Of a DNA stretch of 34,937 nt, positions 1 through 8,408 are shown piece by piece. Origin of the DNA: a virus. Taxonomy: Duplodnaviria > Caudoviricetes. Position 1 is the stretch's first letter. Every line of letters begins with the position of its first letter. The notes beneath the pieces were generated by a model. The model was given only the letters and a program-made list of their open reading frames with translations. It was not told the origin of the DNA and searched no databases. The DNA lies in IMG/VR virus record IMGVR_UViG_3300035050_000072, positions 1 through 34,937 of that record; one strand, 5' to 3'. The translations under genes were made by a program, and so were the position numbers.

Positions 1-391
1 CGCTGCTCGGCTTGACGTTCGCGCCGCCGAAACGGTCAACCGCCCAGAACCACGCATCAGCGCGCACGGACCACATGCCGTCCTCGATGCACCACCGGCG
101 CAGCAACTCATCCGCCGCGCGTTTGTGGTCTGCAGACAACAGCCCTACGCGAATCAGCTGATAAAGCGCATCGTGCCCGACAGACCCCCGCATATTGCTA
201 TCGTCGTCCCACGTCGGACCGCTGGCCCCGTCCCAGGCATAGCCGGCGCAGATCGTCAACCAGCCGTCAGGCGTTAAGATTATGTAGCGCGTTTCTATCC
301 GCGACGCAGGCCGAATGTCTGTCTGCACGCTGTAATCTTCGGCAAGCTGATATTTGTAGCCCTTGCGATATTTGATATGATTTTTCGTCAC
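1..391 (-). CDS. DUF1353-family phage protein (3' end truncated by window)
   Basis: Manual translation from GTG 391: MTKNHIKYRKGYKYQLAEDY...GYAWDGASGPTWDDDSNMRGSVGHDALYQ...ADELLR; DGAS...HDxLY motif; GTGA overlap with upstream gene; not in ORF track. Confidence 0.8.
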   Translation of the reverse strand, partial: MTKNHIKYRKGYKYQLAEDYSVQTDIRPASRIETRYIILTPDGWLTICAGYAWDGASGPTWDDDSNMRGSVGHDALYQLIRVGLLSADHKRAADELLRRWCIEDGMWSVRADAWFWAVDRFGGANVKPSS

Positions 392-531
392 GATTTGCCC
401 GCTACTTTCTTCAAGACGTTACCGGCCAGCTGCATCCAGCTGTTGCTTTTGAGCTTCGGGCACACGGCCAACACTTCGGACCCTATCAATAAAGCCAAAG
501 ATGCATAGGCGCTGATCTCTGCTATTCCCAT
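388..531 (-). CDS. 47-aa small membrane protein, holin-like
   Basis: Strong RBS AGGAGGTG, then MGIAEISAYASLALLIGSEVLAVCPKLKSNSWMQLAGNVLKKVAGKS; hydrophobic N-terminus, basic C-terminus; lies downstream of tail genes; below ORF-track cutoff. Confidence 0.65.
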   Translation of the reverse strand: MGIAEISAYASLALLIGSEVLAVCPKLKSNSWMQLAGNVLKKVAGKS

Positions 532-632
532 CCGATCACCTCCTTTCCTAAAATGTGACCGGCATCACAATGCCGCCGGCCCGATTCGGGTATAAAAAAA
601 GATCAACCCCTTTGACGAAAGGAATCGATCTC

Positions 633-1094
633 GTGAAAAGCCTGTTTGTTGGCCTGCTCGTTTCGCTGCTTTCCGTGCCCTCTGCTTTGGCCGCCAGTAA
701 TAGCGATAACTGGTCCGTGCGCTGCAACACCGACAGCGTGACGGGCATGCGCACCTGTTTTGCCGGTACGTTCGGCCGGTCGATGAATCACCACGGCAAG
801 CCTTACGGGAGCCGGGACACTCCGTTCAAGGTCATGTTTTTCGACGATAGCGGCCCCCACATGTCGGTCGGCTACCACACCTATCCGGGGCGCGGCTGGC
901 TGGTCCGGGTAGATGACCACAAGCCCCTGTCCGGCGATGGCGACAGCGCCGCTATCGTTGACCAGATGCTGACCGGCCGGGTGGTCCGCGCCCGCTATCA
1001 CTCATGGCCGGAGGGCGCGCATGATATGCACGTTGATCTTGCCGGATTTCCGCAGGCGTGGGCACGGCTTAACGCGCTCAAAAGCAAGCGTTGA
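633..1094 (+). CDS. Exported hypothetical protein (moron, opposite to late operon)
   Basis: GTG 633 after AAAGGA; MKSLFVGLLVSLLSVPSALA is a Sec signal peptide with an ALA cleavage site; Cys pair in WSVRCNTDSVTGMRTC. Confidence 0.75.
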   Translation: MKSLFVGLLVSLLSVPSALAASNSDNWSVRCNTDSVTGMRTCFAGTFGRSMNHHGKPYGSRDTPFKVMFFDDSGPHMSVGYHTYPGRGWLVRVDDHKPLSGDGDSAAIVDQMLTGRVVRARYHSWPEGAHDMHVDLAGFPQAWARLNALKSKR

Positions 1095-1146
1095 TCTTAG
1101 CCGCCGCGTTTCGGTCGGGTCGGCTCCTGGCAATGCCATCGTCCTA

Positions 1147-4100
1147 TCAGCCGGCCCGCGTCATCATCAGTGTTCCGCTGAACGTCCCTCCCGAAATCGT
1201 CACCGTGCAACTGTTTCCGGTCCCGGAGGACAGCGCCGTCAGGCTTGCCGTTGTCGCTCCTCCCTGTCCGTCGCCGGAGCACCAGGCGCTGCCCGATCCG
1301 CCGCCGGTCAGGTCGGCCGTGACCGTCACGCCGTCGCCGCTGGCCGTGCCGGTCAGTTGGTAGGTGTAGCTGCTGCCGCCGGTCGGTCCGTCGAAGGTTC
1401 CGGTGCCGGTCACCGTGTGGATTGATACGTCGTCGGTCGCCGGCGTTACCTCGAGGTCGCCGGTAAAATTCAGGGCCTCGATCTCATCACCGTAACCGCT
1501 GAGCGCCGCCACCTTGAAATGGTGGGTATAACTACCAGCCATGGTCAATCCACCAATGGTCGCCGCCGGCTGCTGGCCCCGATAGACAACGTTGCCCGCT
1601 GCTGGCGTAAACTCGCTGTCGGCATCGTCGTAGCAAACGACATACCCGGCGGCATTGGTCACCTCGTCCCACGACAGGCTGACGCCGTTCGCCAGCCTGG
1701 CCTGCAAGTCCACCGTTGCCGGCGCGGCCAATGCCCCCACATTGACCGCCTGCGATGCCTGAGCCGTCGGCCCGTCCGCCGTGTTGGCCGACAGACAAAC
1801 GGTAAACGAATCCCACGGCCCGCCCTCCAGCTCCATTTGCTGCATGGTGACGGTCGCCGATGTTTCGTCAGTGTCGGTGCCCAGGACCTCCTCGCCGTCA
1901 ATCTCGATCGATACATCGTAGCTGGTCGCCCCGCTGTGGGCGTCCCAGGAAACACTGATCCCGGTATCATCGGCGACCACGGCCAGGCCGGTCGGCGCCG
2001 CCTGGAAAGCATAACTCTCCGTCGTGGCATCACCAGTTTCCAACGTCTCACCGTCATAAGGTGTGACCTGAACCGTGATGCTGTCCGCCGTGGTGGTAAA
2101 TGCCTTGGAATGGCTGGAGTAGTTATCTTCCAGCGTCGCGTAGCCGCTGCCCTCGTCCAGCTCTATTTTGACCTTGGCGGCTGAACCTGTCCACGACACC
2201 ATAAAGGCATGATCGCCGCCGCTCTCGCCGGTATATGCCAGGGAGATGCCGGCCAGCAGCGCCAAGGTGCCAACCACCGACCCGACCGCCGGGGCGGTTC
2301 CAGGGTCGTCATAAACGTCGTCGTTGATCACGGTGCCGGTAATTTTGATCTTGTCCCGGCCGGACGGTTGAATTTTGCCGACACGCACGAACATGGGATC
2401 CTGCTCAGCCGGGCCAAACACGTAGCGTGCGGCCCGCAGATCGTCTTCTTTCATGTTTCGCAGGTCGGGAATTGTCCCCGCGACACAATGCGCGCAATCG
2501 GTCGGCGTCACGGTATACGGGCCGCCGCTGCTGCCGTCAGGCAAGCTGATATACAGGGCGCCCTCCTCCGCACCGCCGAAATCAACCGGCTCCGACAGCC
2601 AGATCAAGCCCGGCTCGACAGCCATCACCAGCCCGTCCTGGCCCCAGTCGATCATGGTGTTAGGCACCAAGATTTTCGACAGCAGGCTCGGGATGTGCCC
2701 GATCAGCCCCGTGGTAAAATCGACGGTTACCCGCTCCAGCCGGTCCTGCCAATACAGATACATCCCCATTTCATACGCCTGCTGGCGGCTCAGACAACCA
2801 TCCAGCGTTACTTCGCTTGGATTGTCCTCGCTGCCGCCCAGATCGAGGCAAGTAACCACCTCCTCTTCCCAAGTGTCGGGGTTGACATAGGTCATATTGA
2901 CGCAGGTCGGGCTGTCCGGCGTCCGGGGCCTGGAGGTGATCTTCAGACCACTGATATTGTCCCGGCTGAACACGCAGGTCGGCAGTGCCTGAATCTCGTC
3001 ACGAACGATGGAAAACAAACCGCCCGGCATATAGGGCACAGCCCGCCCGCAGGTAGCCGCCGTGGCGCAGGCATCCATGACGGGGGTCGAAGACGTAAAC
3101 CGACAATCAAAACAATGCTCGTTACTCTCCCAGATGGTACGCAGATCGTACAGGCTTTCAAAATCCACCACGGAATCAGCCTGCCGGCCGCCGTTATCTG
3201 CTGTCACCATATAGGCACAGGCGTCGGCAATGTTGCGTGTCGCGGTCAGCGTCCCGCCGAATCCGGAGGCGGTCACCGGGTAGAGCTTTCTCGTTGCCAC
3301 AACATTGATCTGTGATCCGGCGTCGCCCTTGAGCTGGTCGCTGGCCTTGATTTTGGCCTCGATCATCGTCACGTCGCCATAGTCGGGATGTGTGCCGCCG
3401 TAGGCTCGCAGGCCGGATAACGTTGTCTTGTCCATGACCCGGCTGCTGTCGCTGGCTTCGGTGGTGCGCCGCACTCGCACCTGATACCGACCCGCACCAA
3501 GAGGTGCGGGCAGTTTACGGGAATAGCGCAGAGGATCCTTGCTTCTGGCAGAGAATGTTTTGCTGTCCAACGTCGTCCAGTCCGACGTGGCCGCGCCGGT
3601 TTCATCTACGGTGCGGGCCTCGACCTGGACGGTAACGCTTCGCGTTCGCTTCTTTCCTTCCTTGTTGTACTTGACCAATCCGCTGGCAAAGGTGATGTCG
3701 TATTCCAAGTGATACGCTGCCGTGTCAACCGCAGAGACGGTATAGGTGATCCAGTCCGTGGACAGTTCCTGATTGGATACCTCGTTGCAGGTCCATACCA
3801 CGTTCGGGATCAACGTCGGTGCCGTGCCCGGCGGCAGGATATTGTATTCACTGTCTGCATAATCGGTTAACGGCGTATTCTCAACGTACACGCCCTCGAC
3901 GTCGTATTCACCGACCCCCAAAATGCCAAGAAAGTGCAGGTATTGATCGTTGTCGATGTTCTGGATATGGGATTGCTGCGCCAGGTCGGGGAATATCTGT
4001 TGCCGCCCGAACGATTCCGCGAACGGCTCACCGATCCGAAGCCGATTGCTTCCGGTGGAAAAGGAGTAAATGGAATCCGGCGTGCTGGTTTCGGCTGTGC

Positions 4101-4395
4101 CGTCCGGAGCCAGGGTGGTGGCGTAAAGAAACATTCCGACAGCCAGCACTACCATGATGATACAAAACGCCGCCATTCCCTGCGGAATCTCGACAAAAAC
4201 AGTCAGCGCGCCGGATGGAAGCGGGCTGTTCCACTGCGCCCGGCCCCAAGCCTCACCGTTCACAACCAGAACCACCGGCCGGACGAACGACAGCCCGCAC
4301 TCAGTAATGGCCTGGTTGGGAGTGATGCCGGCTGGCACTTCGTAGGCGGTCGCGTCCGTCGGGTTAAGCGGGTTCGTGCTGTGCAGTATTCTCAT
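1147..4395 (-). CDS. Tail tip/host-specificity protein (J-like, gpI-like N-terminus, FN3-like repeats)
   Basis: 1082 aa; RIGEPFAESFGRQQIFPD, QYLHFLGILGVGEY, GRYQVRVRR; APTGLAV...VSWD and APATVDL...LSWDEV FN3-like units; follows NlpC gene. Confidence 0.9.
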   Translation of the reverse strand: MRILHSTNPLNPTDATAYEVPAGITPNQAITECGLSFVRPVVLVVNGEAWGRAQWNSPLPSGALTVFVEIPQGMAAFCIIMVVLAVGMFLYATTLAPDGTAETSTPDSIYSFSTGSNRLRIGEPFAESFGRQQIFPDLAQQSHIQNIDNDQYLHFLGILGVGEYDVEGVYVENTPLTDYADSEYNILPPGTAPTLIPNVVWTCNEVSNQELSTDWITYTVSAVDTAAYHLEYDITFASGLVKYNKEGKKRTRSVTVQVEARTVDETGAATSDWTTLDSKTFSARSKDPLRYSRKLPAPLGAGRYQVRVRRTTEASDSSRVMDKTTLSGLRAYGGTHPDYGDVTMIEAKIKASDQLKGDAGSQINVVATRKLYPVTASGFGGTLTATRNIADACAYMVTADNGGRQADSVVDFESLYDLRTIWESNEHCFDCRFTSSTPVMDACATAATCGRAVPYMPGGLFSIVRDEIQALPTCVFSRDNISGLKITSRPRTPDSPTCVNMTYVNPDTWEEEVVTCLDLGGSEDNPSEVTLDGCLSRQQAYEMGMYLYWQDRLERVTVDFTTGLIGHIPSLLSKILVPNTMIDWGQDGLVMAVEPGLIWLSEPVDFGGAEEGALYISLPDGSSGGPYTVTPTDCAHCVAGTIPDLRNMKEDDLRAARYVFGPAEQDPMFVRVGKIQPSGRDKIKITGTVINDDVYDDPGTAPAVGSVVGTLALLAGISLAYTGESGGDHAFMVSWTGSAAKVKIELDEGSGYATLEDNYSSHSKAFTTTADSITVQVTPYDGETLETGDATTESYAFQAAPTGLAVVADDTGISVSWDAHSGATSYDVSIEIDGEEVLGTDTDETSATVTMQQMELEGGPWDSFTVCLSANTADGPTAQASQAVNVGALAAPATVDLQARLANGVSLSWDEVTNAAGYVVCYDDADSEFTPAAGNVVYRGQQPAATIGGLTMAGSYTHHFKVAALSGYGDEIEALNFTGDLEVTPATDDVSIHTVTGTGTFDGPTGGSSYTYQLTGTASGDGVTVTADLTGGGSGSAWCSGDGQGGATTASLTALSSGTGNSCTVTISGGTFSGTLMMTRAG

Positions 4396-4780
4396 GGGTC
4401 CAAAATCCCTTAATCGTCAGGCCGTTTGCTCGTAGGCCCGGCCTGTCGCTGGCCACCACCCCGATACCATCCAGCGCATGCAGAACCATCATTCTGCGGC
4501 CGGAGAATATCACCATACCGATATGGTGCGACGTGCGGCCGTTGCCGGACAGAAACACCGCGTCGCCCTCGGCCGGCGTGTCGGTCGGCCGATAGCCGAA
4601 CAGATCGTCGGTGCCGGTGTTCATAATCCGCGCCGCCCGTCGGGTCATGTGGTCCGGTGGCAAATTGATAGCCGGCAGCTCCAGCCCGAACTGCTCACGG
4701 GTGATCCTTCGGAACCACTCATAGCAGTTACACTCCGGCGTCCACGGCCGGCCGATGTATTTCGCCGCCCAATGGCTCAC
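4364..4780 (-). CDS. NlpC/P60 tail-tip protein (gpK-like)
   Basis: Start reassigned to GTG 4780 (GTGA overlap): MSHWAAKYIGRPW...NCYEW...EGDAVFL...HHIG...VLHA. Confidence 0.88.
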   Translation of the reverse strand: MSHWAAKYIGRPWTPECNCYEWFRRITREQFGLELPAINLPPDHMTRRAARIMNTGTDDLFGYRPTDTPAEGDAVFLSGNGRTSHHIGMVIFSGRRMMVLHALDGIGVVASDRPGLRANGLTIKGFWTHENTAQHEPA

Positions 4781-5259
4781 ACCCGCCCCCCAGGCAACGC
4801 CGTCGTGGTCATGATCCGCCTGCAGAGTGGGATGTTCACCAGATCGGGATAAAGGCACGTAATCACTGTTTCGAAATCCCCCTCGAACTCGACCGACGAC
4901 ACGGACAAAGAGACCGGCAATTCCGCGTCCGGTGCCACGTCCGGGCCGGTGTACTGCCGATATTTGACATAAATCGGGTCCGCCTCTTGAGCCGCCGCAT
5001 AAATTTTGTCCCGGTACGCCTTCGGCAGACAATTGATAGTTAGCTTCATTTGCCCCCGGACAGAACTCTCGGTCTCGGGAAGGCTGGCTTTGATCGTCAT
5101 TGGTTGAAAATCGCCCTGCGGGGTGGACAGTCCGCGGTCGGAATCCACCAGCAGAATGTTTGCCAACCATGAACTGTGGCTGATTTCGAACGTCTCGAAA
5201 AGAGTGTCGGTCGGATCGGCGTAGGCGTAGGCCTCTTTAATGGCGTCGGACATGTCCAT
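4777..5259 (-). CDS. DUF1833-family minor tail protein (gpL position)
   Basis: AIKEAYAYA...FETFEISHSSW...YRQY...YPDLVNIPL pattern; directly upstream of NlpC. Confidence 0.8.
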   Translation of the reverse strand: MDMSDAIKEAYAYADPTDTLFETFEISHSSWLANILLVDSDRGLSTPQGDFQPMTIKASLPETESSVRGQMKLTINCLPKAYRDKIYAAAQEADPIYVKYRQYTGPDVAPDAELPVSLSVSSVEFEGDFETVITCLYPDLVNIPLCRRIMTTTALPGGRV

Positions 5260-5262
5260 GGA

Positions 5263-5466
5263 TCACCACCAAAGCGACAGGGCCGCCAGGGCGGACACGG
5301 CGAAGCTCGCCCACATCATGATTTGCAGTCGGTCGATTGCTCTGCGTCTCGTAGCCTGTCGGCCCACGATCACCCTCACGTTCTGATTGTCAGATTGCTT
5401 TATTTGCACTTCCATCCCCGGCGGCTCGTGAATCCGTACCGAATAAGACCTTTCCTGCCGTCTCAT
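5263..5466 (-). CDS. 67-aa protein with C-terminal transmembrane helix
   Basis: ATGA-coupled to upstream gene; fills the gap to the DUF1833 gene; IMMWASFAVSALAALSLWW. Confidence 0.65.
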   Translation of the reverse strand: MRRQERSYSVRIHEPPGMEVQIKQSDNQNVRVIVGRQATRRRAIDRLQIMMWASFAVSALAALSLWW

Positions 5467-6101
5467 ATCGCCTCCAGTTCGGCAAGGGCCGCGTCGCGTT
5501 CAATGATGACGGCCACGTTATCCGTGGCCGTCTGAACGGCCTGCTTGCCGCCTATGCGGGCCGCCTCGATCTGCGCGGCCACGGCCAGCCAGGCGGCGGC
5601 TTGATCGACAATAGTTTGCGCGGTCTGCTCCACGGTCTGTCCGGTCGCCGCCGCCTCCTGGACGATCATCGGGCACTGTTTGGTCGGGTCGCCTTCGTCC
5701 GCCAGTATCGTCTGGCAGAGGAGGGCTTGCTGCTGTTTGAGCAGATAGCGGGCTTCCTGCCCGGCACCGACCGTAATGTAACGGGCGCTGGCGTCGCTGG
5801 CCGCCTGGTCAATCGCGGCGCAGGACTCGGTTTTGAGCAGGTCGATATCGCGGGCCACGGCCGGAAACACGAACTGTTTGTTATCCTCGTCGTAGACCGG
5901 CGCGAGGGAATGTTTATGCGTTTCGGGGTTGCTGATCGTCTCGTAAATGACCGGCACCCAGCCCAGGCCGTAGAGGGCGGCGCGGGGGAGCTGGTTGAAA
6001 TTGTTGATCGTCACGCCCTCGGGCGTGGTCCAGCGGGTCGGCAGATTTTGGACTTTGCCGGACATTTGCAGGGTATCGAAGTTAATTTGTGCGTATTTCA
6101 T
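5463..6101 (-). CDS. Tail fibre/adhesin assembly chaperone-like protein
   Basis: LYGLGWVPV N-terminal domain and helical AIDQAASDASARYITVGAGQEARYLLKQQQA domain typical of genes following receptor-binding proteins. Confidence 0.6.
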   Translation of the reverse strand: MKYAQINFDTLQMSGKVQNLPTRWTTPEGVTINNFNQLPRAALYGLGWVPVIYETISNPETHKHSLAPVYDEDNKQFVFPAVARDIDLLKTESCAAIDQAASDASARYITVGAGQEARYLLKQQQALLCQTILADEGDPTKQCPMIVQEAAATGQTVEQTAQTIVDQAAAWLAVAAQIEAARIGGKQAVQTATDNVAVIIERDAALAELEAI

Positions 6102-7364
6102 TTAGTCCTCCATCAGAATTCCGACACACGACCAATCGCTAGGATGGGCGAAACTATGAAATTTCAGGCTCGAGGAAGGGGTGTAATTATACGGTCCCCA
6201 CCCTACCAGGGTGCCGTCTGTATGCAGCCCCAGAGCGAATCTGTAGCCAACTCTTAAATCCGTAGCGACCAACCCGGCGGGGGGGTAATATGTTTCTCCG
6301 TTCCAGGAGGGCGTGTAATTGTCGTGACCCCACCCCTGCCACGACCCATCGGTTAATTGCGCCAGGCCACCGTTTTGGCACAGCGCAACAGTAGCGATGT
6401 CGGTTGAGAACGTAGGGAGGTTCTTCAGATAGTCCGTGCAAGGAGGCGCTATGACCAAATTTCCGTCCGCATCCAAGGCACCCATCGCATAGCAATGTCC
6501 ATTCACAAGGGCGTACGGGGGGTTGCTGATAAACGTATCATCATTCTCGCCCCATGATACGATTGTCCCGTCCTCTTTAAGCGCCCAACCCCATTGGACG
6601 TTGTCGGAGTCTATGGCAGTGACCCCGGTCAAGGCTGGCGGACTCAATTCTCCAGACCACTGATATCCAACACCCCCGACAACACCTGCGGATGTCAGGT
6701 AAAGTACCCCACCGTTGGTGGCGGCAATATCGACTATGCCGCCCAAGGATGCCAAGCCTGACAAGTAAGAGGTGATATAATCCGCATCGCCCCACAACCG
6801 CAGGGTGCCATCGGCTTTTAGGGCGCAAGCGACTGCGGCGACACGTAGGCACACCACTTTGGTCGCATAAAGACCGGCCGGTAACTCTGTTACGAGGACG
6901 CCGGTTCCGCTGGTCCCCGACGCCACCACCAACCCCTCGACCGTTTCCTCGCCGCTGCCGCTACCCGCGCCCGGCCCGGCGGACGACCAGAACGTGTCGT
7001 CAGGCACATAGGCGGCCTCCTGGACCAACAGGGTTACCGAATAATCCGACCAGCGGCCGGAAACCCCCTTGCGTTTCGGATGTCCGACAATCTTCGCCGC
7101 GTGCGAGGGATAGCCCAGCGTCGCCAGCCACGGCGCGGAAAACCAATTGACGCCCAGGTTCGCCTGCCGATCGAAGAAATGCTCGAACGTCGCCGCATCT
7201 TCGTTGAGCAGCCGAAACTGCACCGGCACGCGGTCAGGCGCGCCAGCCCCGAACCGGCGCACCTCGGAGCGACCGCTCTGCCATTTTTGGCGGGTCATGT
7301 TGCTGCCCGGATGGCCCGTTATTTTCCGGAGCGGGCCGGGCAGGGTTGTGGGCCAGGTTTGCAT
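6102..7364 (-). CDS. Distal-tail (gpM/Dit-like) domain fused to RCC1/BLIP-II beta-propeller
   Basis: N-terminal MQTWPTTLP...WFSAPWL; G/S linker; repeats ALKADGTLRLWG, ALKEDGTIVSWG, QLTDGSWQGWG, GLHTDGTLVGWG. Confidence 0.8.
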   Translation of the reverse strand: MQTWPTTLPGPLRKITGHPGSNMTRQKWQSGRSEVRRFGAGAPDRVPVQFRLLNEDAATFEHFFDRQANLGVNWFSAPWLATLGYPSHAAKIVGHPKRKGVSGRWSDYSVTLLVQEAAYVPDDTFWSSAGPGAGSGSGEETVEGLVVASGTSGTGVLVTELPAGLYATKVVCLRVAAVACALKADGTLRLWGDADYITSYLSGLASLGGIVDIAATNGGVLYLTSAGVVGGVGYQWSGELSPPALTGVTAIDSDNVQWGWALKEDGTIVSWGENDDTFISNPPYALVNGHCYAMGALDADGNLVIAPPCTDYLKNLPTFSTDIATVALCQNGGLAQLTDGSWQGWGHDNYTPSWNGETYYPPAGLVATDLRVGYRFALGLHTDGTLVGWGPYNYTPSSSLKFHSFAHPSDWSCVGILMED

Positions 7365-8408
7365 TTACGCTTCCTCCCAGGTCGCGCCGACAATGGTGCC
7401 GTCGTTGTCGTTGCCGGAACTATCCGTCAAGGTTGTACCAGAACTATCGCTAACATCAAACCTCCCGATAAGACCGCTGGTTGGCGGGTTTTCACGATCA
7501 AACGAGGCAACCTCCGAAGGTGTTAAAACTCGGTTGTAAATCCCTATAAAAAATAGTTTCCCCTCAAACCAATCCTCCGGTTTCCCGCCGGAACGACGCC
7601 CCAGAGAAACCCCATAATTCGAATTCGTAATATCCCCTACCGAGCTTATGTCCCAAGTGGCTTTTAGGTCGCCATCCACATATACAAGGCAGTTTCCGTC
7701 CCGGTCATACGTGGCTATCCCGACATGGGTGCTCCCATCATTGACAACACAACCAGAGCCCGCCCAGACCGCGTTCGTGCCGTCATCGATTGACGCTTTA
7801 AAACAAGAGTCGTAAATATAGAGGCACGACCATCGCCCGTCAGTTTCCAGGCTTCCATTCCCGTTTTCTAGCAAATCGCAACGCGTGGTGTCGTCGGTTT
7901 GAAAAACGACAACATAGGAAAAATCCTGATTGGCGCCAAAATCATAATCGGGAATATTGGGGATAGACACGTAATCGTCCCCGTCAAACGACAAGCAGAG
8001 ATAGGGCGCACCCTCGGCTTCCTCGGGCACATAGACAACCGGATCGCCCTCGGCGGTCGTTTCCACCCCGGCGATGATCTCAACCGGCAGGGTAACGGTC
8101 CAATACCCGACGCCCATGTTCGACCATGAGGGATCTTCGCGAAATCGCAGGAAATGAAAGCTGTACCCCAGACCCTCCAGCCACGGCGCGGTGAACGGGG
8201 CGCACTGGTTCAGGGTTCCGTCCCACCATGAGCGGAATGTCTGCACCTGCGCGGCGGTCATGACCATTTGAAACGTGGCGTCCCGCTCGGGATAAGTGCG
8301 GTTCCGCTCGGAGTTGCGCGTCTCTTTTTCGTCGGTCAACCCGCATCGAGGCTCAATCTCGTAATCGACCAGCACGCTTTGCGGCAAACTCGACGGCCAT
8401 GCTTCCAT
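7365..8408 (-). CDS. Distal-tail (gpM/Dit-like) domain fused to LamG/concanavalin-like domain
   Basis: Directly after TMP; MEAWPSSLP...FTAPWL; LSFDGDDYV, HVGIATYD...VYVDG, IYNRVLTPSEV, GTTLTDSSGNDNDGT. Confidence 0.82.
   Translation of the reverse strand: MEAWPSSLPQSVLVDYEIEPRCGLTDEKETRNSERNRTYPERDATFQMVMTAAQVQTFRSWWDGTLNQCAPFTAPWLEGLGYSFHFLRFREDPSWSNMGVGYWTVTLPVEIIAGVETTAEGDPVVYVPEEAEGAPYLCLSFDGDDYVSIPNIPDYDFGANQDFSYVVVFQTDDTTRCDLLENGNGSLETDGRWSCLYIYDSCFKASIDDGTNAVWAGSGCVVNDGSTHVGIATYDRDGNCLVYVDGDLKATWDISSVGDITNSNYGVSLGRRSGGKPEDWFEGKLFFIGIYNRVLTPSEVASFDRENPPTSGLIGRFDVSDSSGTTLTDSSGNDNDGTIVGATWEEA

Noticed and set aside
603-1139. Antisense bridging frame across the exported-protein moron
   Set aside because: Interrupted by a stop at 1002-1004 and ends about 70 nt before the next gene; ordinary shadow frame
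4781-5170. ORF-track N-terminal extensions (NlpC; also HNH, VRR-NUC, helicase, protease)
   Set aside because: They overlap upstream genes or terminators; downstream starts with an RBS or stop-start overlap fit family lengths
1147-8408. Diversity-generating retroelement or invertible tail cassette
   Set aside because: No reverse transcriptase, invertase, TR/VR pair or flanking inverted repeats seen by eye; a self dot-plot would confirm
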